This document shows positions 51,168-64,000 of a DNA stretch of 64,000 nucleotides, piece by piece. Every line of letters begins with the position of its first letter. Position 1 is the first letter of the stretch. Origin of the DNA: Eledone cirrhosa (taxonomy: Eukaryota); assembly GCA_964016885.1 (NCBI GenBank), contig OZ024740.1:338458001-338522000 (forward strand). Direction: 5' to 3'. The notes under the pieces were generated by a model. The model was not told where the DNA came from. It saw only the letters and a program-made list of their open reading frames with translations, and searched no databases. The position numbers and the translations under genes are program-made.

Positions 51168-51863
51168 ATAAATCATGTCCTTAGAATTATTAGATAAAAT
51201 ATATACCATTTCCTCTTCCAATTAGCATAATTAACCATATAAAAAATCAATTAGACCAAGCTATAAGGAAAAAGGCGCTTATGAAGAAATCTCTGACAAA
51301 TAACCGAAATTATATTTAATAATCTCCCGTTAGGTTGAGATTCAATTTGGCGATATTTGGCTGCGCTTTCTAGCAACAAGACTACCCGCCGTAAGCAACC
51401 AATCACATTCTTTCTAGCTTGACCACAGCCACATAGCGATTCTTAGCCATTTTTGAATTTAATTTTGGCGCGATCAAGTTGGAAAACTAAATATCTGATT
51501 TTGAGTTTGTCTCCTGATGAATCCTAACTCAAGACATTCCTATTAATTGGATGTCTAAAAATACGGATGAAACCAAGGTAGAGATATAATTACGGTATGT
51601 ACACATTTCTTCTAAGTTTAATTTTACACCTAATTGTGTATGGTTGATGGTATATTTAGTCAGTTTCTACATGCTGTCGAAATGTTGGATAAATACTCTA
51701 TTGGGGCCACCGCGAAGAGACCACTTTCGGTTATTTGTCGGAGATTTCTTCATAAGAGCCTTTCTTCTTATAGCTTAGTCTAATTGATGTTTTATATGGT
51801 TAATTATGCTAATTGGTAGAGGAAATGGTATATATTTTATCTAATAATTCTAAGGACATGATT

Positions 51864-51868
<5 letters not shown>
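51168..51868 (+). mobile_element. Non-coding ~560 bp HHR element with ~140 bp inverted arm
   Basis: 51168-51309 is inverted to 51726-51868; diverged, colinear homologue of 2340-2889. Confidence 0.85.
51508..51586 (+). ncRNA. Type I hammerhead ribozyme
   Basis: tgtctc-CTGATGA-atcc...ggat-GAAA-ccaagg-TA-gagata. Confidence 0.85.
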
Positions 51869-51938
<70 letters not shown>

Positions 51939-51987
51939 AAATAAAGTTAAATAAAAGTCAAATGATTAAAATTTAGCTTCGTTTATT

Positions 51988-52042
51988 ACTGCTATATATA
52001 TTTCAGTGACAGCCATCTTTGGCTGTGACCTCTTCAGGCAGT
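51988..52042 (-). ncRNA. Type I hammerhead ribozyme in inverted fragment 51936-52311
   Basis: actgc-CTGAAGA-ggtcacagcca aaga tggctgtcact-GAAA-tatata-TA-gcagt; 51937-51998 is inverted to 52152-52213. Confidence 0.85.
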
Positions 52043-52362
52043 TTGAATTAGTATGGTATAGACAAGTACATATGTTGTTTAGGTGTATGATATTGTCAAT
52101 ACTCTGATATGCCCAGTTCCTTGTTGGGTTGTTAATTCACTGGGGAACTGGATATATAGCAGTAATAAACGAAGCTAAATTTTAATCATTTGACTTTTAT
52201 TTAACTTTATTTTACACTACTCCGGAGTAACCAAACCAACCTGCGCACTTCGTCGAGTGCTCCAGCCTGCATACTGAGGTGTTGGTATACAACCAACATA
52301 AACTCAAAATCTATATATATATATACATATATATATACATATATATACATATATATATATAT

Positions 52363-52603
52363 CTAGATAAATCTACCAAAATATACGGTAGTGTCCAATC
52401 GGTTTGAAGAACTCAATGTAATCCAAATATGAAAAGAGATGTATTCAAAATTTTTTTCGATTAAAAACACAGGAAAACAGAGTCAAGATAAATTAATAAA
52501 AATAATCAATAAAAGCAAAGATACAGTTCCTTATATTAAAAATATAAATAAAAATGTTTAATATAAGGAACTGTTTCTTTGTTTTTATTCATTATTTTTA
52601 TTA

Positions 52604-52609
<6 letters not shown>
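52363..52609 (-). mobile_element. Short element end with ~50 bp fold-back
   Basis: 52487-52539 is inverted to 52557-52609; flanked by (TA)n. Confidence 0.55.
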
Positions 52610-52668
<59 letters not shown>

Positions 52669-52697
52669 ATATACATACATACATATATATATATATA

Positions 52698-52886
52698 TTT
52701 GAAAAATTCGGGGCCCCGACAGCTGAGCTCCTGCCATTTCAACAGCTAGTTCGGATCTAGCTGTTGAAACGACAGGAGCTCAGCCGTCTGGGCCTTGAAT
52801 TTTTGTAATTACCCACTCTACTAACCCAAGTATCGAGTACTCTGGTGAGTAATGGTCTAACTGTTTTTTTTCCGCTTCCATTCTGA
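52698..52886 (+). mobile_element. Short fold-back fragment, possibly retaining the 3' half of an HHR
   Basis: 52703-52750 is inverted to 52758-52805; GAAAcg...cgTC present, CUGANGA half absent. Confidence 0.55.
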
Positions 52887-55525
52887 TATATATATATTGG
52901 ATATGAATCGAAGTTGTAACCGCCATGTAGCACGTACTAATCGAGTTTGGGGCAATCACAAAGCATTCAATGGAGCGTGAAGTTAAACATTATCGTCCAG
53001 AGTAAACACAAAAGTTAATAAAGAAAAACGACCAAAGGCAGTAGCCATACTTTATGCCACACCAACGAAGAATACAAATAGGTTGAACATATAGTTATAT
53101 TTTGAGAGGGTCATGCTGCTAATAAAAACACACACACTAGTTAACTTTGACTTTGGTTTTATTATTATTTAGGTAACTAATCTATTCCTCGACTAGTTTA
53201 GTAACGAGGTGGTTATTTTATTTGTCATATTTGATTGTCAAAGAATTTTCATCATACATTCTGTTACTTCAAATTGCATTACGCTAAACCTAAGTCTTCC
53301 AAATATCTGATCTACAGGCGCTCAACACTTTCAGACAGTAGACATTCTTCATGGCGGTCCTAGTAACTGATGAAAAAACATTATGATACATAAGCATAAA
53401 TACAACGGAGTTCACAAACAAACTCTCAGGTCCCAAATAATAGAGGATGGGCTGAAATAATTGGAGGTGGAATAAAGGGGAAGTTGGAATTAGCAGGGTG
53501 GGGTGGAATAAGCAGGGAGGGGTGAAAATCGTTAATTTTTCTACATTGTCTCCATTGATTTTTTTTGAAAACCAGAATTAGTCGGTTAATTTACATATTG
53601 AGACCCCAACCCATCCTATTTATTTTACAACGTATGGGACTTCTAGTAATGTACTTCTTTTGTCATTTATAATGTTTTTTAATATATAAAGAAAACTAAT
53701 TGTCGCAGGAATGCTACCACTTAACATAAAACTTCGCCGGACATAGATTAGCATCATATATATATATATATTTATATATACCAACGGACAATGTTGGCAG
53801 AGAGTGAACGTTTTAAAACATCTCCATACCACACATTTTCCTTCAATGATTTCTGAATAAAACATGTTAGAACGATTTTGACAGACGGACAAAACGACTG
53901 CATAATTATTGTTAGTATGAAAGAAATAATTTAAAATAAAAGTATTTAGTCTCTATTTGTCTGTAGGCGTTTATTAAGCTTAACATTTCATTATCATTGT
54001 TTAGCCCCAGGTTATGCCTGATTGAGTATTGCTATGACCGAATGTTTTCCATCCATGACCACCAGGGTCTCTTGAAGTTTTACAGATGTAAGTTCACATT
54101 ATCCAATGTATTTCCCCTTTTGTGGTTGCTAAGGTGTATACTTAACCCCTATGTTACCCGATTTTTAATTAAAAACACTGCCTAAGGTTTTCGAAAAGGT
54201 TCTCTTTAAAATTTGGAGGGATTTATTAATTCTACATAGTTAACTATATCATAAAGTTGGTGTATATAACTTAGAGAAAGCTCTTATAAAACAAATTATA
54301 ACGGAAGGCCTAAACTTTAATATAAATGTTTTTTCATCATAGAACCAGGCGCGAATTCAAGCAGGTTTGTATCAAAAGGATTAAGAGGTATTTTGCTCCT
54401 ATTTTTTAGAGCCTTGCAGAATCGATTAAAAATGTTTACAAATGTATTCATTCGAGAAATTCTTATTTTTTCTGTGTATTTCTTAACAGTGCAAATGTTT
54501 TGTTTTTGCTTGATTAAATATCATTACATTTCTATTTTATATTTTAATTATGTGTTAGAGTTTTCACGTTTTTTTTTTTGTTCCTTAAAGGCATGCTTAA
54601 TACTACCTTGATTAAAGCTAATATTTTTAACTGCTACTCCAGAAGAAGTCATCTTAAAACAAAAGTTAAAGAAATTTTTACAAAAATGTAAAGTGTCCAA
54701 GGATAAATATTATTTTTCTGAAGTAAATGGAGTGGATACTCAAGTATTCCAAAGCATTAACAGGTAAAAATTTTTAAAACTAACTTTATCATTAAATGTA
54801 ATGGGAGCTATTCGGTAACTGTGTTTAAGTACATCCGTTCACCTCAAAACATATCAACAACAACAAACATAATAAAGGTTTGTAATTTAAGCACAAGGTC
54901 AGAAATGTTGGTGGGGGCTGACAATGTCAAGGATATCGACACTAGCGCTTCTATGGTACGTTATTTCATTGATTTTTGAAGGAATCTGCCAATCTACTGA
55001 GGATGTCTTCACCATGCAGTGGACAAATAATGGCTGAGAATGAATGAATGATGATTAAATATACATAATACATGAAAACCTCCATTGGTCAATTGATTAA
55101 ATGTCTGCAAGTGAATAGTTATTCTCTAGAGCGAAGGATTTGGCGTACATGTAAGACTAGCATCTCTACGCTACAGATGCTGTCCAAAACGAGAGGTTGG
55201 CATAATACAGTTAAGCACCAGTGTCAGAATGTCAGAATGTAAAAAGCTGGAAAGATACCACAAGTCATTGCATCCAAAGTTCTAACAATTTCACCAATCT
55301 ACCACTCTTCACAGGCATTTCTTTACCCACCTAGAAATCGTGAAGGACAAAGTTTAACCATGGCGAGATTTGAAATTAGAGAGCAAAGAGCCAAACCAAA
55401 TACTACTCGTACATGTTATCCAACATAACATTTGAGATACATTCCTCCTGTTTCTTTAATTCACCTAGACATATACGAGTAGTCATAGTATCTACTGCCT
55501 GTTGAATCATTGCACACTCTCCGTG

Positions 55526-55569
<44 letters not shown>

Positions 55570-55773
55570 ATATATATGAAAAGAGGGAGAAAGAGACGAT
55601 TATGAGGAAGAAAAATATTTTTTTTTCCTTTTTTGTTTCTCTCTCTCTTTTTTCTGGGTTAGAAAATGATTAAAACGAAATGTTTTACTTTGTGTGAAGT
55701 GTTAAGGTATTAGTTGATTTATTTATTATTTAACAATGGCATTTATTTATCTATTTATATATTTAATTATTGT

Positions 55774-55815
55774 CTATTACCGGTTTCAGCATTTATTTGC
55801 ATTATCAAATGATAG
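55774..55815 (-). ncRNA. Hammerhead ribozyme, U3-A8 variant
   Basis: ctatcat-TTGATAA-tgca aataaa tgct-GAAA-ccgg-TA-atag; stem I imperfect. Confidence 0.65.
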
Positions 55816-58532
55816 TGAAATGTATTAGTGTGGTGTCGCACATGTTAAACAGAAGGTGCAGAAAGAATAATGTTATATACAAACAAGGTTTAAGAAGTGA
55901 AAAGAAAAAAAAAAGGAAAAAAAAACGTGCATAATGTGGAACGTAAAAAGTCAATGTGGAAGAAAAAATAATGTTATTTACAAGCACAGTCATTGAAGTT
56001 AAGCAGATCAAAATGTGTTAATATAGCAAGAGTGCTTAGTTGAACCATGGTTTCGTGATGGAAGCAAATGGTGGACTGAGGTTTGATATGATTTCCCTTT
56101 TTAGAGAGTTAATATGCAAGGGAAGCAATTCTTGCTGGATGATATTTAATTTATTTAAGAAAAAGGATTAGGTAGGGTGTGAGGGAGGTAACTCTTGTAA
56201 ATGTTTGATGGTTTGTTGCAGTTTTAGATTGGTCCGATTTTTAGAGCATTGAGTAGTGGTTGAAATTTATTAAGGAAAAGTGTTTTCTTATTGGTACGTT
56301 GGATGAAAGTAGCGTTGTCTATGAATTTGTAAATGGGGAAAATTTTAAAGTTTGGATGTTGGTTGAGAGCACAATTGGCGATTGTTCGCTAAATGCAATC
56401 TTTCTGTATTCCTGTATTTTAATTTGTGATTTATGGACGGTCATACGTTGACGGAGGCTGTTTTTTGTCTGTCCTATGTAATGCTCTTGACAACCTGAGC
56501 AGGTCAAAACATAGATAAGGTTTTCAGATGCACATGTAAAGTTGCGTTTAACTGTGAAACGTTGTCCTTGTTTAAAATGGAATGTTGAACCTTCTATTAT
56601 ATTTATACATATGCCACAGTTGGGCCTTCCGCATTTTTTTACTGTAGGGTTCATTGTGAGGGTTTGTTGGATTTTGGGCTTGTGTGAGGATGTTTTTTAT
56701 GGATTTGGGTTGTCTTTTGCTCTTTATGATGTTGTGTGTTTGGAGGATATTGTTCATTCTTGGGTCTCTTTTTAGTAAAGGAATGTTCTGGAGGATGGTG
56801 TCGAATGCCTCATTGTTGAGGGGTTGTGTGTGGAGATATATGGTAGAGTTTTTTGTTGCGGTTCATTCCTGCGTTCGGGGTGTCTGAGTTCCTGAATGTC
56901 TAGTTTTAGGGCACGTTGGAATCCATTGGTGATTAGGGATGGTGGATAGTTTCTTCTGATAAGTGTGTGTTTTTAATTCTTCTAGTCGTGTGTAGCATGT
57001 GTATTTATCTGAAACTATTGTGCAGATCCTTCTGGTTAGGTTATAAGGAATTGCCATTTTGGTGTGTCTAGGGTGGCACGAGTTGAATGGAAAGTATTGT
57101 TTGGAGTCTGTGGGTTTGTAGTATATGTCTGTTTCTATTTTGTTGCTTGTTTTCTTGATGAGGATGTCGAGGAAAGGGAATTGTTCATGGCTGTAATCCA
57201 TTGTGAATTGTAAGTTAGTGTTGAGTCCATTCAGAAGGGTTTTGAACTCAAACAGTCTATCTATACTTTCATGCCAGAGGATGAAGCAGTCGTCCAGATA
57301 TCTCTTCCAGTTCTTTTCTATGTGTTGGTAGAAGTGGTTGCCGTATTTGTCTAGAACTTTGCGGTAGAGAATGGTTTCCAAATATCCCATGACAAGGTTG
57401 GCGTATGAGGGGCCACTTCGTGCCCATGGCAGTCCCAGATTTCTGTCTGTAGTATTTGGCATTGAATTCGAAGAAATTGTTTTCCAAGATGAATTTGAGT
57501 CCCTCCAACACAAATTCTTTAGGGATGCGCTGTGGAAGTTCACTAGGGAAATTTTCCATTCAGAATTGTATTGCCTCTATACCTAGGTTGTGTGGGATAT
57601 TGGAATATAAATTGATGACATGAAAGGTTACTAGTAGGGTATGTTCGTTATTGAGTGTTGTTGGGAGATGGTTGAGCATGTCAAGGTCGTCCCTTATGAA
57701 GCTTTTTATATGTTTTAGGAAAGGTTTAAGCAGAATATCTATGAAGTTGCTTAGGCGGTGGGTTTCACATGTGGTGCCTGCTATTATGGGTCTTAATTTA
57801 AGGTCATCAAGAGGGGCTATATTGATGTAAACGTCTGTGGCTTGCTTGCAGGTCCTGCCTATTACTTCACTTTTGTGTGTCTTGGGGATACCGTAGAAGA
57901 GGCTGGTTCTGCTTTTGAAATTGGTGATGTAGTTGTATTCCTTGTCTGTAAGGCCATCTTTGTAAAGGGTTGTTAGGGATTTTAGGTTTCTCATTATTTT
58001 CTGTTGTGTGTAGTGTTGGGCCTTTTCATAATATGTTTGATTTTCTAGAGTTGAGAGTACTAGAGTTGTGTAATAATCTGTCTCCATAAGGACTACTGCA
58101 CTCCCTTTATCTTCCTCTTTGATTGTTAGGGTTTTGTCGTTTTTTAGACTAAGACCATTCCATTCTTTTTGGCTTAGGTTTGGTTTTTGTTTATGTCTGT
58201 ATGGGTAATTAGTAATGTGTAATGGTATGGGTAATTAGTAATGTGTCCGCAGAATTGATCGAGGAATTTATTCTTGCCTTTTGGTGGGGTGTAGTTGCTT
58301 CTATTTCTGGCTATTGAGTCATCCTCATTGTATTTGTCATATAGTTGTTCACTGAGTCTTAGTTTTCTACAGAATTCTGCAATATTTTCCATCATTTTGG
58401 GGTAGTTTGGTGGTTGGGGAGTTGATTTAATTTTTAGACCTTTGGAAAGTATGTTGATTTGGTCTGTTGTTAATTCTTTAGAGGTTAAATTGACAATTTT
58501 TATTGCATTTTGTGTCTCCTGTGTGTTTTGAG

Positions 58533-59054
58533 TTATCTTTTAATCCTGTGTCTGTGTGCTGTGTCTAAAAAATGATTACGGAAGTTGTGATGGCTGTTGA
58601 AGTTTGGATGTCTCTTATAGTTGTATTGGCTCCTGCTGTTGTTGTAAGATGGTGTGTAGCTGTGGTGGTTGTTGAGTTTAGGTTGTATAGTGTGGTTGTA
58701 TTGAGCCCTGCTGATGTTGTTGTAGGGTGTGTAGATTTGATGTACGTAGTTATAGGGTGTGAAGTTGTGGTGGTTGTTGAAGTTGGGTTGTATCGTGTGG
58801 TTGTGTTGGGCACTGCTGTTGTTGTAGGGTGTGTAGACTTGGTGGTAGTTGTAGTAGGGTTGTCTTGTGTGTTCATATTGAGTCCTGTTGTTGCTGTTAT
58901 ATGGTGTGTAGCTATGGTGGTTGTAGTGGTTAGGGTGTCTCGTGTGGTTGTATTGTCCCCTGTTGGTGTTGTTGTAGTAGAGTGTGGTTAGTGGGGGAGA
59001 GTAGATTAGGGTTTCCTTATAGCTGGTGTGTGGTTGTGAGGCCCTGTATGACAT
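58533..59054 (-). CDS. PLE-associated upstream ORF with ~24-25 aa N/H/Y/Q-rich repeats
   Basis: About five QYNHTxxPxxxNHHxYTPYNN units; same strand as and immediately upstream of the RT. Confidence 0.65.
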   Translation of the reverse strand: MSYRASQPHTSYKETLIYSPPLTTLYYNNTNRGQYNHTRHPNHYNHHSYTPYNSNNRTQYEHTRQPYYNYHQVYTPYNNSSAQHNHTIQPNFNNHHNFTPYNYVHQIYTPYNNISRAQYNHTIQPKLNNHHSYTPSYNNSRSQYNYKRHPNFNSHHNFRNHFLDTAHRHRIKR

Positions 59055-59345
59055 GTGTGGTAGTTGTGTATTTTGGGTTCTATGTTGGAAGTAATGATGG
59101 TTGTAGGTTTGTTGTGGGGGGGTTTTGTGGTTTCTCCTGGTAGGAGAGAAGTTGTAGTGTCTATCTTGTAGCTGATGTTTCTCTATTACTATATTTGTTG
59201 CTTGGGAGTCCGTGTGATAGTTGTGTGGAGGATGTAGGAGGTAGGGGCGAGGTGATGCCTTCTTTTGTTGGTATGTGGGGAGGTATTGTTTTTTTTGTTG
59301 TTGTTGGTTGTTGTGTGTTGTTTGGGTGTTGATTGAGTTTTCTTG

Positions 59346-59407
<62 letters not shown>

Positions 59408-59589
59408 GGGACGCTTGCCGAAAATACCTACAAAAATGGGGTGAAACGTTTTCTAAAGCACGCTCACACTACACTTATATAAGAGCCAAAGTGTTTTCTT
59501 TTTATTCTAAGGCATTCGTATGTGAATTGATAACAATTTGGATGTTATTGCAAACAATGACTCACCTACCTTTAACAAGAACAAACATT

Positions 59590-59738
59590 TTTTAAAACAT
59601 ACAATTCACGTTTTTGTCGTTTTGTTTTGTTTTTTCAGAAACCGAATCCCTTGTGTTTAAAACGTACAGTTCACGTGTTTTTTAATCATTTTGTTTAGAA
59701 ACTGAATCCATTATGTTTAAAACATACAGTTCACGTTT
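59590..59738. repeat. ~62 bp tandem repeat x2.3
   Basis: tttaaaacrtacarttcacgt recurs three times. Confidence 0.75.
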
Positions 59739-61719
59739 AAAAAATGAAATTGTGAAACATGTATCTTTGAAGAAATCCTTGAAAGACTTTCAATTAAAAT
59801 GAAATGGTGAGTACTTATTCTAAAATTCCGACTTGTGTTATTGAAATAATTTGTGTTCGTGGATTTGTTCTTGCATTATATAGAATTACTTTAATTTGCT
59901 GTAAAAATGTTCATTTGTTGTGAATTATTGTTGCTTTAACAAACTAAGCCAGGCATGGACAAGCATTTTCAAACAGTGGACCGCATAGAATGTGCCCCCC
60001 CCCCCCCTCAAATTAATTAAGCAAAGATGGCATATGAACCATTCAAGCCCAGCACCTTTGATGAAGATTCGAACCTTTATCGATTTTCGAATAAAGCAGT
60101 TTTTTTTATCAGCTATCAGATACTCTATAGTGTTTATTATCGGAGCATGCAGTGTAGTGAATCACTTATAATTAAAAGGGAAAATTTCTTTCATGATAGG
60201 AGAATGAAAATCACTTGAATGACATATTTGATCTTGCAGTTTATTTACTTTAATACTTAAGTACAATCCCGATATTTACCGAAGCCATAAAGCAGATATA
60301 CGCATAGAAATTCGCATTTATTATTATAAATATTAAATTATTGAATAAAACATGATTTATTTTTGGCATATCTATAATGCCACTATAGAAATTGTATTGT
60401 CATTTGAAAGTCATGCATTGACAGTTAGTAAACGACTTAAAATATTATCAATTTAAATGAAATGTAACATTTCTTCTGTGACATTTTTCTAGTTAAAATC
60501 GTGACTATTTTTCTTTGGTTTATTCTTGTGACTTTATGTCCATTCATCACATACATATATGCGTTATCTATGTTTCTGTGTGTGTGAAATGGAAATGGTT
60601 AACGCGTAGTATAGACCCATGATGTGTTTTCTTGGGCAAGTTTCTTGTAACCACAGGTCGACCCAAACCATGCGAACGAAAACAGATGGAAGGGAACACC
60701 ACACATGCCTTTAAAAATGTAAGCTCAATGCCCTAACCACTATGCCATGTACTGCCTTCACATTAAGCTGAGTATAATTAATAATATGAATTACATATGA
60801 TATTCAGTTGTATAACCATGTATAATTAAAATTATTGCTGCTGTTAATGTTCAGTGCCAGCATCAAGAAAACTTCAGATCAAAGACGGTTTAGAAATGAT
60901 CATCATGTGGTTTTGTATATCGATTAATAGAACTACGCTGTTAAATGTGTTTTTATTTTATTTTTAAAGTAGTAGGGTATGGTTTGGGGGACATGTGACT
61001 GCTTTTTCTATGCTATTTTACAACTACATAAAGGCTTTTCTTTTGACTTGTATGTATATTCACAGGGTAGTTTCTAACAGTAATGGCTGAAATAACGGTT
61101 AATTCACTAGCAAGCCAGACTTTAGAATTTTCTTGCTGACATCCCAGGGTACGAATTTTGGAAAAATTGTCAAAATTCCACATCATATCTAAAATATATA
61201 TTTACACCTCATACAGATTATTTTCTTTTCCATGCCCTAGATAGGGAATCTAATAATAATGATTTTTAATTTAGGTTACAAGACCAGCAATTTCGGAGGA
61301 GGGGAAAATCAATTCTCCATTTTATTTTACTTTATTGAAATCGACCTGATTTAGACTTGTTTCTGTCTTGAAATCACTGGTAGTCTAGTGTTAAGTCAAG
61401 CTGTTAATATAAATACTCACCTTCCACATGATATAGTGTTGTTTTTTCCTTTTCATTTGTCCCAACAACTTCACCTTGTGCTATTGACCACACCATCCAT
61501 CGCCTCAATGCTTAGCTGTTCTCATTACCACTACACCCTACTTTCTTCCTTCGCTATCAAAAGTTACCCTTTCTCCACACATCACCCAGTCAAATCAAAC
61601 CTCACTTGCCAAACATCAATAACTTTATACCTATCTCCCTTCTCCTCTCTCCCACCCAACCCACACAGAGCAGAGAAGGTTCTTCAGTCAGTTTAGACTA
61701 TGTCCAACAACTTCTCTAG

Positions 61720-61810
61720 TGTTGGTGCTACGAAAATTCCCCTGGTACTCTGTAAGGTCATTGGCAAGAGAAAGAGCATCCTGCTGTAGAAACCATGCCT
61801 AAACTACCAG
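61720..61810 (+). mobile_element. Degenerate SINE/RTE-related segment
   Basis: tggcaagagaaagagcatcctgctgtagaaacc resembles the reverse complement of 62901-62938. Confidence 0.55.
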
Positions 61811-62399
61811 TTCTGTCAGCGGTGTGACAACCTTTCTAGTGTATGGAGACAGGAAAAATATATAAGACAAAAGAGACAACACATAGAACAATGCACCACA
61901 ATCAGCTAATACTATAAGTATAGGTACTTTGGCTGTACTCAGCTATTAAGGCTTTCATTACTCGGGAGATAAACAAACAGCACATGATACAAATAACTAT
62001 TTAAATTGAATTAGTATTGTACATATATTTATAAATATGTAGATATGTATGTGTGTATATTTGCCTGAATGTGTGTGAGTGTTTGTTTGTCTTTATATCT
62101 GTATGGATGACATTGTGCACCTTGGCTCCTTTTCAACCACTAAACTCATTTTCATATTGATTTATTGCACTAAACTAAACCCCACCGCAACAAACTCTCA
62201 CTTCTCCACCCACATCTCTAGTAATCACCCAAATTTTATTTTGGCAATATTCCCATCTCACTCCTCCCAGGCCATACACACTTCCACACCAAATAAAATA
62301 TTGACCACTACCATTCATTCTTAACATTTCTCCTCTTCTAGACCCATCGCATCTACTTCTTCATAGTAAGCAGATTTAGATACTTGAGCTATATATAAA

Positions 62400-62620
62400 G
62401 GCACATGACCTAGTGGTTAGGGTGTTGGACTTACGGTCATAATGATGTGGGTGGAGTTCAGGAGCAAAACACTTCATTTCCCTTTGCTCTTGTATACTCA
62501 GCGGAAAAATGAGTACCAGTAGTAGCAGGGGGTTTAATACTGTGATGGACTGACATCCTGTCTAATAGTGAGTCTAGTATTCTCAGTGATCATCGAAACT
62601 GGGATAAGCACCAGCCTAAT
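62400..62620 (+). mobile_element. Degenerate tRNA-derived SINE
   Basis: A-box-like TAGTGGTTAG head, then actcagc..aaatgagtacc and gtgatggactgacatcctgtc central motifs typical of invertebrate SINE domains. Confidence 0.6.
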
Positions 62621-62629
62621 GACGTTTTC

Positions 62630-62730
62630 ATGCATAACCAGTGGTTTGGTAGATGTAAATAGGCCATAACTCTTTAGATGTGTTAAATGAGTTAGACATG
62701 TTTACATCTATGAAACCACTGGTTATGCAT
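62630..62730. repeat. ~100 bp hairpin with 30 bp inverted arms (MITE-like)
   Basis: atgcataaccagtggttt..tagatgtaaa / tttacatcta..aaaccactggttatgcat. Confidence 0.7.
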
Positions 62731-62769
62731 AAATATATAAAACTGTTAATACAAATATACACACACATA

Positions 62770-62985
62770 TCATCATTATCATCATCATCATCTTCGTTTA
62801 ACGTCCATCTTCCACGCTAGCATGGGTTAGACGAGAGTTGTCCTACTTGAGTCAAGGTTGGTCGGGTGACCGTGTCTCGCTCATATAGGACTATCTGGCA
62901 GGTTTTCTACGGCTGGATGCCCTTCCTAACACCAACCACATTTACAGTGCGGAACTGGGAACTTTTTACCGTGTTACCTACACGA
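62770..62985 (-). mobile_element. SINE/RTE 3' tail ending in (GAT)n
   Basis: Minus strand tggtgttaggaagggcatccagccgtagaaaacc...catgctagcgtggaagatggacgttaaacgaagatgatg. Confidence 0.7.
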
Positions 62986-63239
62986 CCACATTACAGCGTG
63001 GACTGTGTCTTTTCTCGTGACACCTACACGATCTCGATCTCGATCTCATTATCTCATTAATTTGGACTGGATGTTGTGGTACCAACTTTACAGAGAGAGG
63101 GTGGTGTTGGTGGCGGTGGGAGGATGGGGTAGTGGATTGGGGTGTATATTTGGTTAAGAGGTACCTACTGACTAGGTTTCGCTTTGTACATAGGCAAGGC
63201 GGGTCTTCTATATTACTGCGTAGTGCCAAAGATCTTGGT

Positions 63240-63654
63240 CCAGTGACATTGTGTTAGAGAGGTGTAAGGTCGGAATTTATCAGATCGTCCCAGGTATTTC
63301 TGGGTCTACCTACTCCGTAACTACCATCAATTTTGATCGCCCTGCACTTTTTTATACAGCTGTCGTCTTTCATGCGCATCACGTGGCCATACCAACGTAG
63401 TCTTCTCTCGAGTAACAGCATCTGATCCCTCTTATTCCTAATTTCTCACTTAGTTCATTTATACTTTGCCGTTCACGTATATTACTATTACACATCCAAC
63501 GGAGCATGCATGCTTCGTTCCTTTCCAGGTCATCTGCACGCAATGCCCATGTCTGCAGAGGACCTGCGTAGACTGGAAAGGAACGAAGCATGCATGCTCC
63601 GTTGGATGTGAAATAGTAATATACGTGAATGGCAAAGTATAAATGAACTAAGTG

Positions 63655-63655
<1 letters not shown>
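63240..63655 (-). pseudogene. RTE C-terminal fragment with ~83 bp fold-back
   Basis: TWAL..LERNEACMLRWMC, RLRWYGHVMR, GRPRNTW; 63446-63529 is inverted to 63573-63655. Confidence 0.8.
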
Positions 63656-63687
<32 letters not shown>

Positions 63688-63727
63688 AAAGAATACTTTT
63701 AATCTATACACAACAATATCAATCATA

Positions 63728-63759
<32 letters not shown>

Positions 63760-63951
63760 TATATAATATGTATACCTATATATATGAGCAAATTATTGTC
63801 CGCTGATCTGCCTATCCTCATAATCTGACAGACCATCTAACCGATGAAGCATGGAAAATAGATATTAAATATGATGAAGATGATGATATATACCCACACA
63901 CACATATATATATACATATATGCATACATGCGTAAACACACACACTCATAT

Positions 63952-63988
<37 letters not shown>

Positions 63989-64000
63989 CATACATATATA

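Larger units (their letters stand above)
55578..59348 (-). mobile_element. Neptune-like PLE with upstream repeat-rich ORF, degraded
   Basis: IVNLT..LSKGL, EDKG, FYGIPKTHK, LRPII, LYSNIP, GTAMGT, RYLDD, PFLD, CGRPNCGIC, FTCASENLIYVLTC..C...YIGQT across frameshifted ORFs. Confidence 0.92.

Noticed and set aside
63800-63870. CCGATGA...GAAA as a hammerhead
   Set aside because: Core is mutated and stems II and III cannot be formed.

Overview
Eukaryotic, very AT-rich, repeat-saturated DNA, probably a mollusc and plausibly a cephalopod (inferred from the SINE/RTE remnants, not proven). No confident host gene. About a third of the window is (TA)n microsatellite interrupted by TG/CA variants. Almost everything else between 1 and 59.3 kb is a retroelement sitting in a (TA)n tract: about nine coding Penelope-like elements (PLEs; RT and/or GIY-YIG; Naiad-like YRDD, Neptune-like RYxDD and others), many non-coding PLE-end or retrozyme-like units, one near full-length RTE LINE and a ~610 bp non-autonomous RTE-like family. 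I read about 25 type I hammerhead ribozyme (HHR) motifs by eye, intact or degenerate, most with palindromic stem III, including U3-A8 core variants and a recurrent mismatch at the base of stem II. Most notable: (1) fold-back duplications of the flanking (TA)n at insertion junctions, suggesting insertions enlarge their own targets; (2) tail-out inverted architecture of most insertions; (3) ORF-less HHR units of 430-560 bp; (4) a phased U UUU UUA -1 frameshift site linking a repeat-rich ORF1 to a PLE RT; (5) an in-frame TGA at a conserved Cys of a Naiad-like element. All coordinates and structures were read by eye.
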